A stretch of 40,380 nt of DNA from Chlamydiota bacterium. GTDB lineage: Bacteria > Chlamydiota > Chlamydiia > Chlamydiales > JAJFMA01. How positions within the stretch are numbered: the stretch's first letter is position 1; the number at the start of each line of letters is the position of its first letter. Below the pieces are notes generated by a model that was not told the origin of the DNA, did not search any database, and saw only the letters and a list, made by a program, of their open reading frames with translations. Below, piece after piece: positions 8,381 through 20,345 of the stretch. The stretch is from positions 1 to 40,380 of the forward strand of contig JAJFMA010000096.1 of assembly GCA_021772415.1 (NCBI GenBank). The letters run 5' to 3'. Both the position numbers and the translations under genes were made by a program.

Positions 8381-10948
8381 CTATTCCTGAGGCGCTTCTT
8401 CTGCAGTATCTGCAGGCTGTTCCTGGATAGCCTCGGACTCTGAGGCCTCTTCAGTAACTACAACTTCAGCTGTTTCCTCTCCGTCAAACTCTTCTTCACT
8501 GGCCATTGCCGGCAGCTTTTGCATCGCAACGAGGTTGTCGGAATCTTGGAGCGTGACAACCTTGACACCTTGGGTATTACGTCCCATGACACGTAGGTCA
8601 CTGACACGTACACGGATGGTTTGGCCTGCCGCCGACATGAGCACAAGGCTTTCATCGTCTTCGACGCTTAGAGCGCCAATGACGTTGCCATTACGCTCAC
8701 TGGTAATGATGGAACGTACACCAACACCTCCGCGGTTTGTTTGGCGGAAGTCTTCGACCTTGGAACGCTTACCGAAACCGTTTTCGCAGACGACTAGGAT
8801 AGACTCGTCCCCTTTAACGACCTCTAAGCTGATGACGCCATCACCTTCACCACGGATGGAGACGCCCTTGACACCGCGGGCTAGACGTCCCATCGCACGG
8901 ACGGTGCTTTCATCGAAACGCACGGCCATTCCGCCACCTGTGAAGAGCATAATTTGCTCGGAGGTATTGACGAGGCGCGCACCGATGACTTCGTCTCCGT
9001 CGTCGATATTTAGCGCCCAGATCCCTTTGCGACGTGGGTTGCTGAATCCTGACAGAGGAGTCTTCTTGACGATCCCATTGCGCGTTGCAAGTACGATACC
9101 CGCCTCGCCTTCGAAATCGGAAACTTGAAGTATCGTAGCAATCTTTTCGTCCGGACGGATGTCTTCGAGAAGGTTGATAAGTGGTTTGCCTTTGGAGCGT
9201 CGCCCCGCATCTGGGATATGCCATACCTTGAGCCAGTAGCAACGCCCGAGATTAGTGAAAATCAGGAGGTAGTCGTGCGCGTTAGCAACATAGAGATCTT
9301 TGAGGGCATCCGTTTCCTTCTTAAGCTGGAAGCCTACAACACCCGAACCACCTCTGCGCTGCTCACGGAAGGTGTCTACAGGCATACGTTTAATGTAGTC
9401 ATCCTCGGAAATAGTGATAATCGCCGGTTCGTTAGGGATAAGGTCTTCGGCATCGACATCGCCTTCTGCAGGGATAATCTGTGTTCTGCGTGGGCATTTG
9501 TGTTTGGCTTTAACTTCTTCAAGCTCTTCTTTAATGATGTCGCGCACCATCTGTTCGCTGGCTAGGACAGCACGAAGGTATTCGATACGCTTGAGAAGAG
9601 CATCGTATTCGGCCTGGATCTTGCCGTGCTCAAGGCCTGTAAGCTGATAGAGCTTTAGGTCTAGAACGGCGTTAGCTTGCCTTTCAGTGAATTCAAAGCG
9701 TGCAATCAGTTCCTTCTTAGCCTCGTCACGGTTGGCGGAGGCGCGAATGAGCTTGACTACCTCGTCGAGGTTGTCGATAGCTTTAAGGTATCCCTCAAGG
9801 ATATGTGCACGAGCTTCTGCTTTGTTTAACTCAAAGCGTGTACGACGGCGGACAACTTCGATACGGTGCTCCACCCATGCAGCAATCATCTGTTGGACGT
9901 TCATGACTCTTGGACGTCCCTTGTCCAGAGCAAGCATGATGCAGCCAAAAGTGACTTGTAGGTCACTAAACTTGTAGAGCTGGTTGATGATAACTTCTGG
10001 GATCTGCTGGCGCTTGAGTTCGACAACTAGGCGCAGGCCGTCTTTGTCTGACTCGTCACGAAGGTCGCTGATACCCGTGATACTCTTATTGTTGATGAGA
10101 TCCGCGATCGTCTCGATCAAACGCGACTTGTTGACGTTGTAGGGGATCTCATCGATGATTAAGCGCTGACGTTCGGACTGGCCAGGCATGTCTTCGATGG
10201 CAATTTGCGCGCGCAATATGATGCGTCCGCGCCCATTGTGGTAGGCTTCTTTAACTCCGCGGTACCCACAGATAAGTCCTCCTGTGGGGAAATCTGGAGC
10301 TGGCATCACTTCCATCAGATCGTCGACGGTAGCACTGGGATTGTCAATAACCATGAGAGTTGCTTTGATCAGCTCTTCTAGGTTATGTGGAGGGATATTC
10401 GTCGCCATCCCCACCGCAATTCCTGACGATCCATTACAAAGCAGGTTGGGGAATTTCGCGGGAAGGACAGTAGGCTCCTTCTTAGTCTCGTCGTAGTTAG
10501 CGACCATATCGACGGTGTCTTTGTCGAGGTCCTCCATCAGCTGCACCGCCGACAAAGTCAGACGTGCTTCCGTATAACGCATCGCTGCTGGTGGGTCTCC
10601 GTCAACGGAGCCAAAATTCCCTTGGCCATCGACGAGTCGGTAACGCATCATCCATTCCTGTGCCATACGCACGAGGGTAGGATAGATGACCTGCTCACCA
10701 TGAGGGTGGTAATCACCAGAGGTATCACCGGCAATTTTTGCGCATTTACGGTGCTTGCCTCCGGGCGACAGGTTTAGCTGCCGCATCGCGTACAAAATAC
10801 GTCTCTGCGAAGGTTTCAACCCATCGCGGGCGTCTGGCAGGGCACGAGAAATGATGACGGACATCGAATAGCGTAGGTAGCTTTCCTTCATCTCGTCTTC
10901 CACATTACGTGGAATGATCACTTCGTTGATTGTGTTCTCCGTTGTCAT
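8381..10948 (-). CDS. gyrA: DNA gyrase subunit A
   Basis: RALPDARDGLKP, YHPHGE, AAMRYTEAR catalytic Tyr and GyrA box QRRGGSG. Confidence 0.98.
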   Translation of the reverse strand: MTTENTINEVIIPRNVEDEMKESYLRYSMSVIISRALPDARDGLKPSQRRILYAMRQLNLSPGGKHRKCAKIAGDTSGDYHPHGEQVIYPTLVRMAQEWMMRYRLVDGQGNFGSVDGDPPAAMRYTEARLTLSAVQLMEDLDKDTVDMVANYDETKKEPTVLPAKFPNLLCNGSSGIAVGMATNIPPHNLEELIKATLMVIDNPSATVDDLMEVMPAPDFPTGGLICGYRGVKEAYHNGRGRIILRAQIAIEDMPGQSERQRLIIDEIPYNVNKSRLIETIADLINNKSITGISDLRDESDKDGLRLVVELKRQQIPEVIINQLYKFSDLQVTFGCIMLALDKGRPRVMNVQQMIAAWVEHRIEVVRRRTRFELNKAEARAHILEGYLKAIDNLDEVVKLIRASANRDEAKKELIARFEFTERQANAVLDLKLYQLTGLEHGKIQAEYDALLKRIEYLRAVLASEQMVRDIIKEELEEVKAKHKCPRRTQIIPAEGDVDAEDLIPNEPAIITISEDDYIKRMPVDTFREQRRGGSGVVGFQLKKETDALKDLYVANAHDYLLIFTNLGRCYWLKVWHIPDAGRRSKGKPLINLLEDIRPDEKIATILQVSDFEGEAGIVLATRNGIVKKTPLSGFSNPRRKGIWALNIDDGDEVIGARLVNTSEQIMLFTGGGMAVRFDESTVRAMGRLARGVKGVSIRGEGDGVISLEVVKGDESILVVCENGFGKRSKVEDFRQTNRGGVGVRSIITSERNGNVIGALSVEDDESLVLMSAAGQTIRVRVSDLRVMGRNTQGVKVVTLQDSDNLVAMQKLPAMASEEEFDGEETAEVVVTEEASESEAIQEQPADTAEEAPQE

Positions 10949-10969
10949 GGTGACCTCAAGCTCCTAATG

Positions 10970-13477
<2,508 letters not shown>

Positions 13478-13534
13478 TCAAGCTCATCCTCGGGTCACCC
13501 ATTTGGGACCCGTCCCACAAAATGGGATAGCCAC

Positions 13535-13873
13535 CTATCCGATTCGAAATTCGATATCTTTAATAGTAGCCTTTGGAAGTCTTCGCCGTAATGTGGCGAG
13601 GATGCGCCCCTTATCGCGGCGGCTTAGTAAACTGTATAATGTGGAGTTCATCACCCTAACATGGAGGACTCCATCGTGAAAGGTATGGGCTTCGGTCATA
13701 CGAGCTACGGTACTGCCAACGACGTCACTCCAAACGGCGAGTACGCGGTCGGGGCGTTCGTCTAGGGAGGCGCTGACACTACGTAAAACTGAGGGCGCTA
13801 TGTCCCGCATTTGATGTGTTGTGCGCTGTGTTCCGTCGTAAGCTCTAGGCGTACGTCTTGTCCACTTCTTCAC
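13535..13873 (-). CDS. DUF721/DciA family protein
   Basis: WSDVVG..A..T....FHDGVLHVRV.NS pattern; directly upstream of gyrB. Confidence 0.8.
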   Translation of the reverse strand: MKKWTRRTPRAYDGTQRTTHQMRDIAPSVLRSVSASLDERPDRVLAVWSDVVGSTVARMTEAHTFHDGVLHVRVMNSTLYSLLSRRDKGRILATLRRRLPKATIKDIEFRIG

Positions 13874-13998
13874 TCGTTACCATACCTTCATCAAGAGTGG
13901 AATTTTACCACATTTTCATGCCTATCAGCAACACATTTATCTTGAAAAAAGCCCCCCCTGGAATCGTGTTCAGAGGCTGGGCTGAGGCTGAAGTGAGC

Positions 13999-14937
13999 TT
14001 AGGAGCCGATGCGTTGAATCAGGACCTCTTTTGGTAGCTGAAAAACGACATCCTCGGTGGTAAAAACGACATCTTCAACGCTGGTAACACCGAGTTCCAT
14101 AAGGCGTTGGATGCATGCTTGAACGACCTTTTCGGGAGTGGAAGCACCAGCTGTTAGACCGATAACGCGAACACCTTCAAGCCATTGCGGCAGGATCTCG
14201 CCTTCATTATTAATAAGGTAGGCGGGAACACCGCGTCGTTTGGCTACTTCAACCAGGCGATTGGAGTTGGAGCTTTGGGGGTCTCCGACGACGAGAACGA
14301 GTTGTGTTTCCTCGGCAATTTGCCGCAAAGCTAGCTGGCGGTTGGTGGTCGCATAGCAGATGGAAGAGCTCGGGAGTGTCTCGACTTGAGGATATTTCTC
14401 ATGCAGAGCTTCGGCGATATCTTTAACGTCATCGAGGCTTAGGGTTGTTTGAGTGATATAGAAGAGCTTCTGATCCTGAGAAAACTCGAGTTTCGCGACA
14501 TCCTCGGGCGATTCCACAACAGTGGTTACATCGGGAGCTTCGCCTGCGGTGCCAACGGTTTCAACGTGATTACGGTGACCGATAAGAAGGATCTGGTAGC
14601 CCATCTTGGCGTAGCGTTTTACTGCGGAGTGGACACGTGTTACTAGCCCACAGGTGGCGTCAATTTCAATGAGATTACGTCTTTTGGCATGTTCCCTCAC
14701 TTGAGGCGAGACACCGTGAGCGGAATAAATCAGGCGGGAACCTTCAGGCACCTCGTCGAGATCTTCGATGAAAATAGCTCCCATATCACGTAGGCGATTA
14801 ACGACGTGGCGATTGTGGACGATTTCATGCTTAACATAGATAGGAGCACCCCAGGTATCGAGAGCCTTCTCAACAGTTTCAATCGCGCGATCGACTCCGG
14901 CACAGAAGCCGCGAGGCTTAGATAGAAGTAATTTCAT
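13999..14937 (-). CDS. ispH: 4-hydroxy-3-methylbut-2-enyl diphosphate reductase
   Basis: PRGFCAGV, EIVHN, SAHG, DATC, ICYAT, SSNS and TAGASTP. Confidence 0.97.
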   Translation of the reverse strand: MKLLLSKPRGFCAGVDRAIETVEKALDTWGAPIYVKHEIVHNRHVVNRLRDMGAIFIEDLDEVPEGSRLIYSAHGVSPQVREHAKRRNLIEIDATCGLVTRVHSAVKRYAKMGYQILLIGHRNHVETVGTAGEAPDVTTVVESPEDVAKLEFSQDQKLFYITQTTLSLDDVKDIAEALHEKYPQVETLPSSSICYATTNRQLALRQIAEETQLVLVVGDPQSSNSNRLVEVAKRRGVPAYLINNEGEILPQWLEGVRVIGLTAGASTPEKVVQACIQRLMELGVTSVEDVVFTTEDVVFQLPKEVLIQRIGS

Positions 14938-15092
14938 GAGCTGTCTCCTCTCGGGTGTACTAGGACGTGTATGGTACTGCGAGAGGAGGATAAAGGCAAT
15001 TGTTAGTTAGTGATATGGCAAGGCACATGAGCTCCACAAAGCATGCGGAATTCCACGGCCTATACGACAGTTCGTTAGTCTTGACCCGGTGT

Positions 15093-15485
15093 TCAGTAAG
15101 CCTGCTTCTTTTTAATCGGTGATCTGAATTCGTACTGATTGATCTCTCGTATAATAGGAATTCCAAACTGTGTCACCAGGCCTCCAATTTCTAGCCACAT
15201 GACAGTCTGCGATGGTACTGAGTCGCCAGTCAATTGCCTAGTTGCCCAGGTTCCAACGACAATTGCAACACCAGTGGCCACCGCCCAGCGAAGAAACTTG
15301 CCTCCGTCTTGGACAGAGTCGGGCCACGCACTTTTGTCTAAGTTCTTTTTACCCGTGAACAGACGCACCACCTGATATTCGGTGACAGCGACAAACTGTC
15401 GAGAGAGTTCGTAGGCGATAACATGCGGTTGGAAAGCTGAAAGGGCTGCATTTATAGCGAATCGAGTAGGGCTTATTTGATCCAT
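15093..15485 (-). CDS. Hypothetical membrane protein
   Basis: 130-aa ORF with GGAGG RBS and two hydrophobic segments; no family recognised. Confidence 0.55.
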   Translation of the reverse strand: MDQISPTRFAINAALSAFQPHVIAYELSRQFVAVTEYQVVRLFTGKKNLDKSAWPDSVQDGGKFLRWAVATGVAIVVGTWATRQLTGDSVPSQTVMWLEIGGLVTQFGIPIIREINQYEFRSPIKKKQAY

Positions 15486-15569
15486 AGCGCGTTACCTCCG
15501 TGTGTCATGAGTAGAAAGAGCGGAGTCTAGCCCGAAGAGCGATGGAAGTGAATAAAAATTTAACTAATC

Positions 15570-16046
15570 TTAACGTAGGGAGGTTTCGACAAGATGTTGA
15601 AGGAGTCCTTCACAGGAGTCTTCAAGGATATCGAGGACCAGCTCAAAAGTGCCGGCATCTCCGTAGTAGGGATCGGGGATATCTTCATCTTTGTACGATG
15701 CGCTAAAGTGTGTAATTAAATGCACTTTAGCTTTGTGATAGGGCTCAGGAGCCTTTTGATAGAGGGTATACAGGACATCGCGGTCAGCCGAAAGGATGTA
15801 GTCAAAAGTGTCGAAATCGGCCTTCTCAATGACTTGAGCCCGCCCACTGAGGACAACACCGCGGATGAGAGCAGCCTTTTGCATACGTTCATCGGGCCGT
15901 TGTCCAATAGACCAATCTCCCACGCCACGGCTTTCCACAGATAAAGCAAGTGGGAAGTTGATTTTATGCGCAATATGACGCAGCAAACCTTCAGCAGCGG
16001 GAGAGCGGCAGATATTACCTAGGCAGACAAAAAGTACAGAAGCCAT
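15570..16046 (-). CDS. Low molecular weight protein-tyrosine phosphatase
   Basis: FVCLGNICRSP P-loop and DIPDPYY. Confidence 0.93.
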   Translation of the reverse strand: MASVLFVCLGNICRSPAAEGLLRHIAHKINFPLALSVESRGVGDWSIGQRPDERMQKAALIRGVVLSGRAQVIEKADFDTFDYILSADRDVLYTLYQKAPEPYHKAKVHLITHFSASYKDEDIPDPYYGDAGTFELVLDILEDSCEGLLQHLVETSLR

Positions 16047-16057
16047 TAGCGCGGCTC

Positions 16058-17896
16058 CTATTGCACATCTGCAGCGCAGCGGAACCCGTAAGTTCCGTTG
16101 ACGGTACCAGGATTATTTCTGTGTCGCCTGGAACAGCGAAGATCTTCTTTTAGGCTCTTCCAACAGCCGCCACGTAGCACGCGGTAGACTCCCTGGCGTG
16201 GACCTTGCGGATTATCAGGCTCTTGAACCGAGCGCTCGTAGTAGTTGTAATCGTACCAATCTAGACACCACTCGTAGACATTACCCGCCACGTCGTAAAG
16301 CCCGAGCTCATTCTCGGGGTAGGCCTTAATCGGTGTGGTATCAGCGCTAAAATAGTTAGCCTGGCTCTTATCAATCGCATCTCCTGTGGGGAACGCCCAC
16401 CCGTGGTCTCCGCCACTGGCTGCGACCTCCCACTCGGCCTCGGTAGGTAGGCGCTTACCTACCCACTTGGCGTAGGCGGAAGCCCCGTACCACGTTACCC
16501 CTACCACAGGATGTTTGTGGTAGCCTGACTCGATGCTCACTTTGCCACCACTACGCTTAATGCGAGACTCTCTTAAACGAATGAGGTCACGATGGAAATT
16601 GTCCTTTTCGCCTCCCATAGCCTCTAAGAAGCGCACAAACTGCTCGTTGGTGACAGGATGGACATCAACAGCAAAGCTGCGAAGGGTGATCTTATGGCGA
16701 GGCAGTTCGTCACGTTTACCGTCGGTACTACCTCGGGAGAAAGTTCCCCCTTCGATAATAATCATCTCAGTCTCGAGTGGAGCAATCTCCGGTAGCTCCT
16801 TCGACTCAGGTTGGTAGACCTTTACCGTATGGTCGACTTGGAAGGCCTTCTCGGGGTGAAGATCTTCCTCTGGACGCTCGAGATGGCGCGAACGGATGAG
16901 GGGTTGAGGACTTCCATCAGCGTGGCGAGCTTGGCGCTGAGGTGTCGGGGTAGGAGCCACTTGATTCAGCTCAGCCATAGCGTCGGTTAACGTCTTTGGA
17001 CGCTGTGTCGGCTCGGGGTGCATACACAACTGCACGAGTGCGTCCCAGTTGCCTACTAAATCGTCTCGCAGTGTAGAGGGAAGAGGGAAGCAGCCTTCTG
17101 GCACCCTGCCGGCCAAAAGCCAGTAAGCCAATACCCCAAAGGCATAGCGGTCTGTTGCCACACCAATCGCGTTGAAGCGTGCCACATCTTTTTGCTCAGG
17201 AGCAAGGAAGGCGAATGTTTGCTGGAAGGAATCGTGCCACGCCAACACCTCTGGGCTCGCGTCGGTACTGCCCTCGGACAATGTACGCAGCACAACAGAA
17301 AGTGTGCGCGCCAAAATGTGTAAACTACTTGCCATCCCAGCTAAGCCAAAATCTCCGACACTCACCTTCAAGCCATTACCTTCCACGCTGACGTGTACGT
17401 TAGAAGGCTTTAAGGCTCCATGGACGGCCGGATGATTCCCGAGCTGCGTTGTATGCGCATGATCCACAGCCGCGGCAACCTGCTGAAGGATTTGACTGAT
17501 CACATCTTCAGTAAGTCGTTGCTGATGCGCATCAAAAAACTGCACAAGACTGGTCGTTGCCCCCTCAGTATCCACTACCGCGTCAGTGACGAGGAAATAG
17601 CGGCCATCTGCTTGAGATACATTATGGACGCGAACGACATTAGGGTGATTTAACTGCCCAAGAAGACGCACTTCGGTTTCAAAACGCTGGATAAAACCAG
17701 GGGCGGAAGCGATGTCTTCATGGAGAATTTTGAGAACTACGGGCTGCTTAAGAAAGCGATGCTCAGCAAGAAATGTCTCACCGAGAGACCCCGACCCGAG
17801 GCTACGTAAGATACGGTAATCACCAAAATTACGAGAGCCCTCTTGACCCTGGAGCACTGCAGAATCGCTTTGCTGCCGTGTGTCGTCCTCCGTCAT
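16058..17896 (-). CDS. pkn1: Chlamydial Pkn1-type Ser/Thr kinase fused to an FGE-sulfatase (SUMF1) domain
   Basis: LGSGSLG, VLK, DFG and APE kinase motifs; C-terminal RLPTEAEWE, GNVYEW, RGGCW and GFRC. Confidence 0.85.
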   Translation of the reverse strand: MTEDDTRQQSDSAVLQGQEGSRNFGDYRILRSLGSGSLGETFLAEHRFLKQPVVLKILHEDIASAPGFIQRFETEVRLLGQLNHPNVVRVHNVSQADGRYFLVTDAVVDTEGATTSLVQFFDAHQQRLTEDVISQILQQVAAAVDHAHTTQLGNHPAVHGALKPSNVHVSVEGNGLKVSVGDFGLAGMASSLHILARTLSVVLRTLSEGSTDASPEVLAWHDSFQQTFAFLAPEQKDVARFNAIGVATDRYAFGVLAYWLLAGRVPEGCFPLPSTLRDDLVGNWDALVQLCMHPEPTQRPKTLTDAMAELNQVAPTPTPQRQARHADGSPQPLIRSRHLERPEEDLHPEKAFQVDHTVKVYQPESKELPEIAPLETEMIIIEGGTFSRGSTDGKRDELPRHKITLRSFAVDVHPVTNEQFVRFLEAMGGEKDNFHRDLIRLRESRIKRSGGKVSIESGYHKHPVVGVTWYGASAYAKWVGKRLPTEAEWEVAASGGDHGWAFPTGDAIDKSQANYFSADTTPIKAYPENELGLYDVAGNVYEWCLDWYDYNYYERSVQEPDNPQGPRQGVYRVLRGGCWKSLKEDLRCSRRHRNNPGTVNGTYGFRCAADVQ

Positions 17897-17900
17897 ACTC

Positions 17901-18842
17901 CTACGCTCCCCGTGCTTTATTTCCTGGCGGCCGATGTTCTCTAAGATATTGCTCTGCAGCGTCTAACGCTTTGCTGCGCCTGTACCATTCGCGGGCCGTG
18001 GTGAGCAGAGCTTTTGCCTCTGCGTGCTGCCCTGTGTCTACCGCCTCGCGCACGAAAAACGCGACATCATCCCGAGCGATCATGATATTGTGAGTCGCAA
18101 TATTCTTCAAGCTAGCCGACACCACAGAAGCTTTGGAATCCTCCGAAGCGAAGCTCACCGACATCCTGTAAAGAGAAGCGTCTTGCGGGAATAGTTGAAT
18201 CGCACGCTGAATGTTCTCGGCTACAGCAGCACGCCGTTTTTCGCGCTCCTCAGGTGTCCTCCCTCGTTGCCATAATCGTATGTGTAAAATCGCCTTAGTT
18301 TTGTAGGCAAGATAGTGCTCCGGAAGCTGGCGATAAGCCGCAAAGAAAACCGGGAAAAAGTTTTTAAAGTCCGATAAATTCGCATGCGCCGCTGCAACGA
18401 GATACCCAAGATGCGCATATTCTTCATGATGCTTAACGATGACAGCATACTGATCCACGATTTCCTCTGCCTCGTGCTTGGTAGCTATGCGTTTCTGATG
18501 GGTTAGATAGCCCTCTAGCGCAGCCATATAGTGAGGTTGTTCTTCGCGAAAGAGTGTTGCCGGGGTTTTCGGAGGCTTTAGGTCATCAAGGGCCTCTAAA
18601 AAAACCTCAATGGCTCGCCCCTGTTCCTGATCGAAGTGGTAGGCGATAGCCAAACGCAGCCCGATTTCAGCTTGGATTTCGGGATCAGATTCTTGTTTGA
18701 GAAGCGCCTTGGAGCGCTCAATTGCCGCCGTAATCTCATACTCCTCCATCAGAGCATCAATTTCGTCTGTTACCGGCGACGCCAGCAAGCCCAGAGGCGT
18801 GCTAATGCATAAAAATACTATTCGATGGAAGGAGAAGCCCAT
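17901..18842 (-). CDS. Exported TPR-like helical protein
   Basis: N-terminal signal-like segment, Ala/Leu/Tyr-rich helical repeats (AIQLFPQDASLY); 4 nt from pkn1. Confidence 0.6.
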   Translation of the reverse strand: MGFSFHRIVFLCISTPLGLLASPVTDEIDALMEEYEITAAIERSKALLKQESDPEIQAEIGLRLAIAYHFDQEQGRAIEVFLEALDDLKPPKTPATLFREEQPHYMAALEGYLTHQKRIATKHEAEEIVDQYAVIVKHHEEYAHLGYLVAAAHANLSDFKNFFPVFFAAYRQLPEHYLAYKTKAILHIRLWQRGRTPEEREKRRAAVAENIQRAIQLFPQDASLYRMSVSFASEDSKASVVSASLKNIATHNIMIARDDVAFFVREAVDTGQHAEAKALLTTAREWYRRSKALDAAEQYLREHRPPGNKARGA

Positions 18843-18918
18843 GCGTCATTTCTCTTCAATTCTCAATAATCTCGCCTCAGGATATCGAACACAAAGACCA
18901 AAGTCACCAAAGAAATAG

Positions 18919-18955
18919 AAAAGGGGCCGGACCCTGCGATTCGTGCGATTCTATG
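18919..18955 (-). repeat. Left (inverted) copy of the RAYT-flanking motif
   Basis: 18919-18952 AAAAGGGGCCGGACCCTGCGATTCGTGCGATTCT is 33/34 identical to the reverse complement of 20055-20088. Confidence 0.92.
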
Positions 18956-19020
18956 TTGCGGAGACCATTAACATTTGGCATAGTCCTGTTTAGTAGTATT
19001 TATTTTACAAGGCGATTGGA

Positions 19021-19998
19021 ATGCCTAGAAAGAAGCGATCTTGGCAAAAGAACATGTGCCACCACGTCATGCTAAGGGGCATCGACGGTAGAAACATCTT
19101 TGGTGACGATGGTGACCGCAGTAGATTCTGCCTATTACTCCAGGAAGCGTCCGAACTACACTCGTTCCGGATACATGGCTTCTGTCTCATGTCCAATCAT
19201 GTGCACTTCATAATAGAACCCGTTGGCGACCGATTATCGACTGGAGTTCACCGTTTTGCTGGAAGATACGCCCAGTACTTTAACAAGAAGTATGACAAAA
19301 ACGGGTACGTCTTCCAAGGGCGCTTTCGCTCTATTTTGGTGCAAGACGGGGTCTATTTACGAAGATTACTGAGATATATTCATCTGAATCCTCTGGAGGC
19401 ATCTCTCACTAGGTCAGCTGAGGAGTACAGGTGGTCTAGTCACGGCGCCTACTTCGGTAGAGCAATCTTTACTTGGCTAGAAACAGACCGAGTCCTGTCC
19501 TACTTTGGCAACAATCATCGAGATGCGTTGGCTAAATTAGCCGTCTTCATGAACGCAAAAGCACAGTCCCACGACGGTGCCGAAGAAATACAACGTGCTT
19601 CGCGGGTAGGGGCCTACGGAAGTCAGGAATTTACAAAGATCTACGCCCCAGAAACTGAGTCTAGTCTATTACAAAGTACCCACCAAATCATTGATCCAAA
19701 ACTCAAGTTGACTAATGCCTTAGAGGCTGTCTGCCAACGCTTTGACGTATCCATAGAGGTACTACGAAGTAGTGACAAAAGGCGCTGTGCTGTAGAAGCT
19801 AGAGCAGTCCTAACGCGGACTTGCCAAAGGATGGAAGGATTGAGTATCAATGACGTGTGTACATTACTTGGAAAGCACCACGGGACTCTGTCACGGCTAG
19901 CATCACGCGCTGTTAGTCAACCACATTTGCGTCACGCGGTTGACGAACTAGTGCAATGGCTGTCGAAATATGTACAGTCTCAGTCCAGTATCTATTGA
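19021..19998 (+). CDS. REP-associated tyrosine transposase (RAYT, Y1 HUH) with a C-terminal DnaA-domain-IV-like HTH
   Basis: MPRKKR..HHVMLRG, CLMSNHVH (HUH), VFQGRFRS, YIHLNP (catalytic Tyr) and YRWSS; C-terminus VCQRFDVSIEVLRSSDKRR..EAR..LGKHHGTL. Confidence 0.88.
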   Translation: MPRKKRSWQKNMCHHVMLRGIDGRNIFGDDGDRSRFCLLLQEASELHSFRIHGFCLMSNHVHFIIEPVGDRLSTGVHRFAGRYAQYFNKKYDKNGYVFQGRFRSILVQDGVYLRRLLRYIHLNPLEASLTRSAEEYRWSSHGAYFGRAIFTWLETDRVLSYFGNNHRDALAKLAVFMNAKAQSHDGAEEIQRASRVGAYGSQEFTKIYAPETESSLLQSTHQIIDPKLKLTNALEAVCQRFDVSIEVLRSSDKRRCAVEARAVLTRTCQRMEGLSINDVCTLLGKHHGTLSRLASRAVSQPHLRHAVDELVQWLSKYVQSQSSIY

Positions 19999-20052
19999 CA
20001 GCTTGCTTCATTCCATCTTGCCAGTTCCACACACACATACACCCACCTAACC

Positions 20053-20224
20053 ACAGAATCGCACGAATCGCAGGGTACGGCCCCTTTTACGAATCGCAGG
20101 GTACGGCCCCTTTTACAGAATCGCACGAATCGCAGGGTACGGCCCCTTTTACGAATCGCAGGGTACGGCCCCTTTTACGGCCCCTTTTACGAATCGCAGG
20201 GTACGGCCCCTTTTTACGGCCCCC
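20053..20224 (+). repeat. Tandem array of the RAYT-associated motif ACGAATCGCAGGGTACGGCCCCTTTT
   Basis: Five 26-27 nt copies (20063, 20089, 20125, 20151, 20189), two 10-nt leaders (20053, 20115) and two short suffix copies (20177, 20216); degenerate copy near 20372-20420. Confidence 0.95.
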
Positions 20225-20296
20225 TAAAATAAAACAATCAGAGTGAAACAACCATTCAAAGCATTTTACTCCTACCCAAAGACATTGAGCCCCCCA

Positions 20297-20345
20297 CATG
20301 ACCCTCCATGTACTCCATGCCCTTCCCTCCATGTTCTCCATGGTT
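20297..20345 (-). repeat. Solo arm of ~9-nt periodic CTCCATG repeat
   Basis: CTCCATG four times, ending CTCCATGTTCTCCATGGTT; related arm at 28995-29033. Confidence 0.65.

Noticed and set aside
20053-20224. CRISPR array
   Set aside because: Units abut directly with no unique spacers, and there are no cas genes in the window
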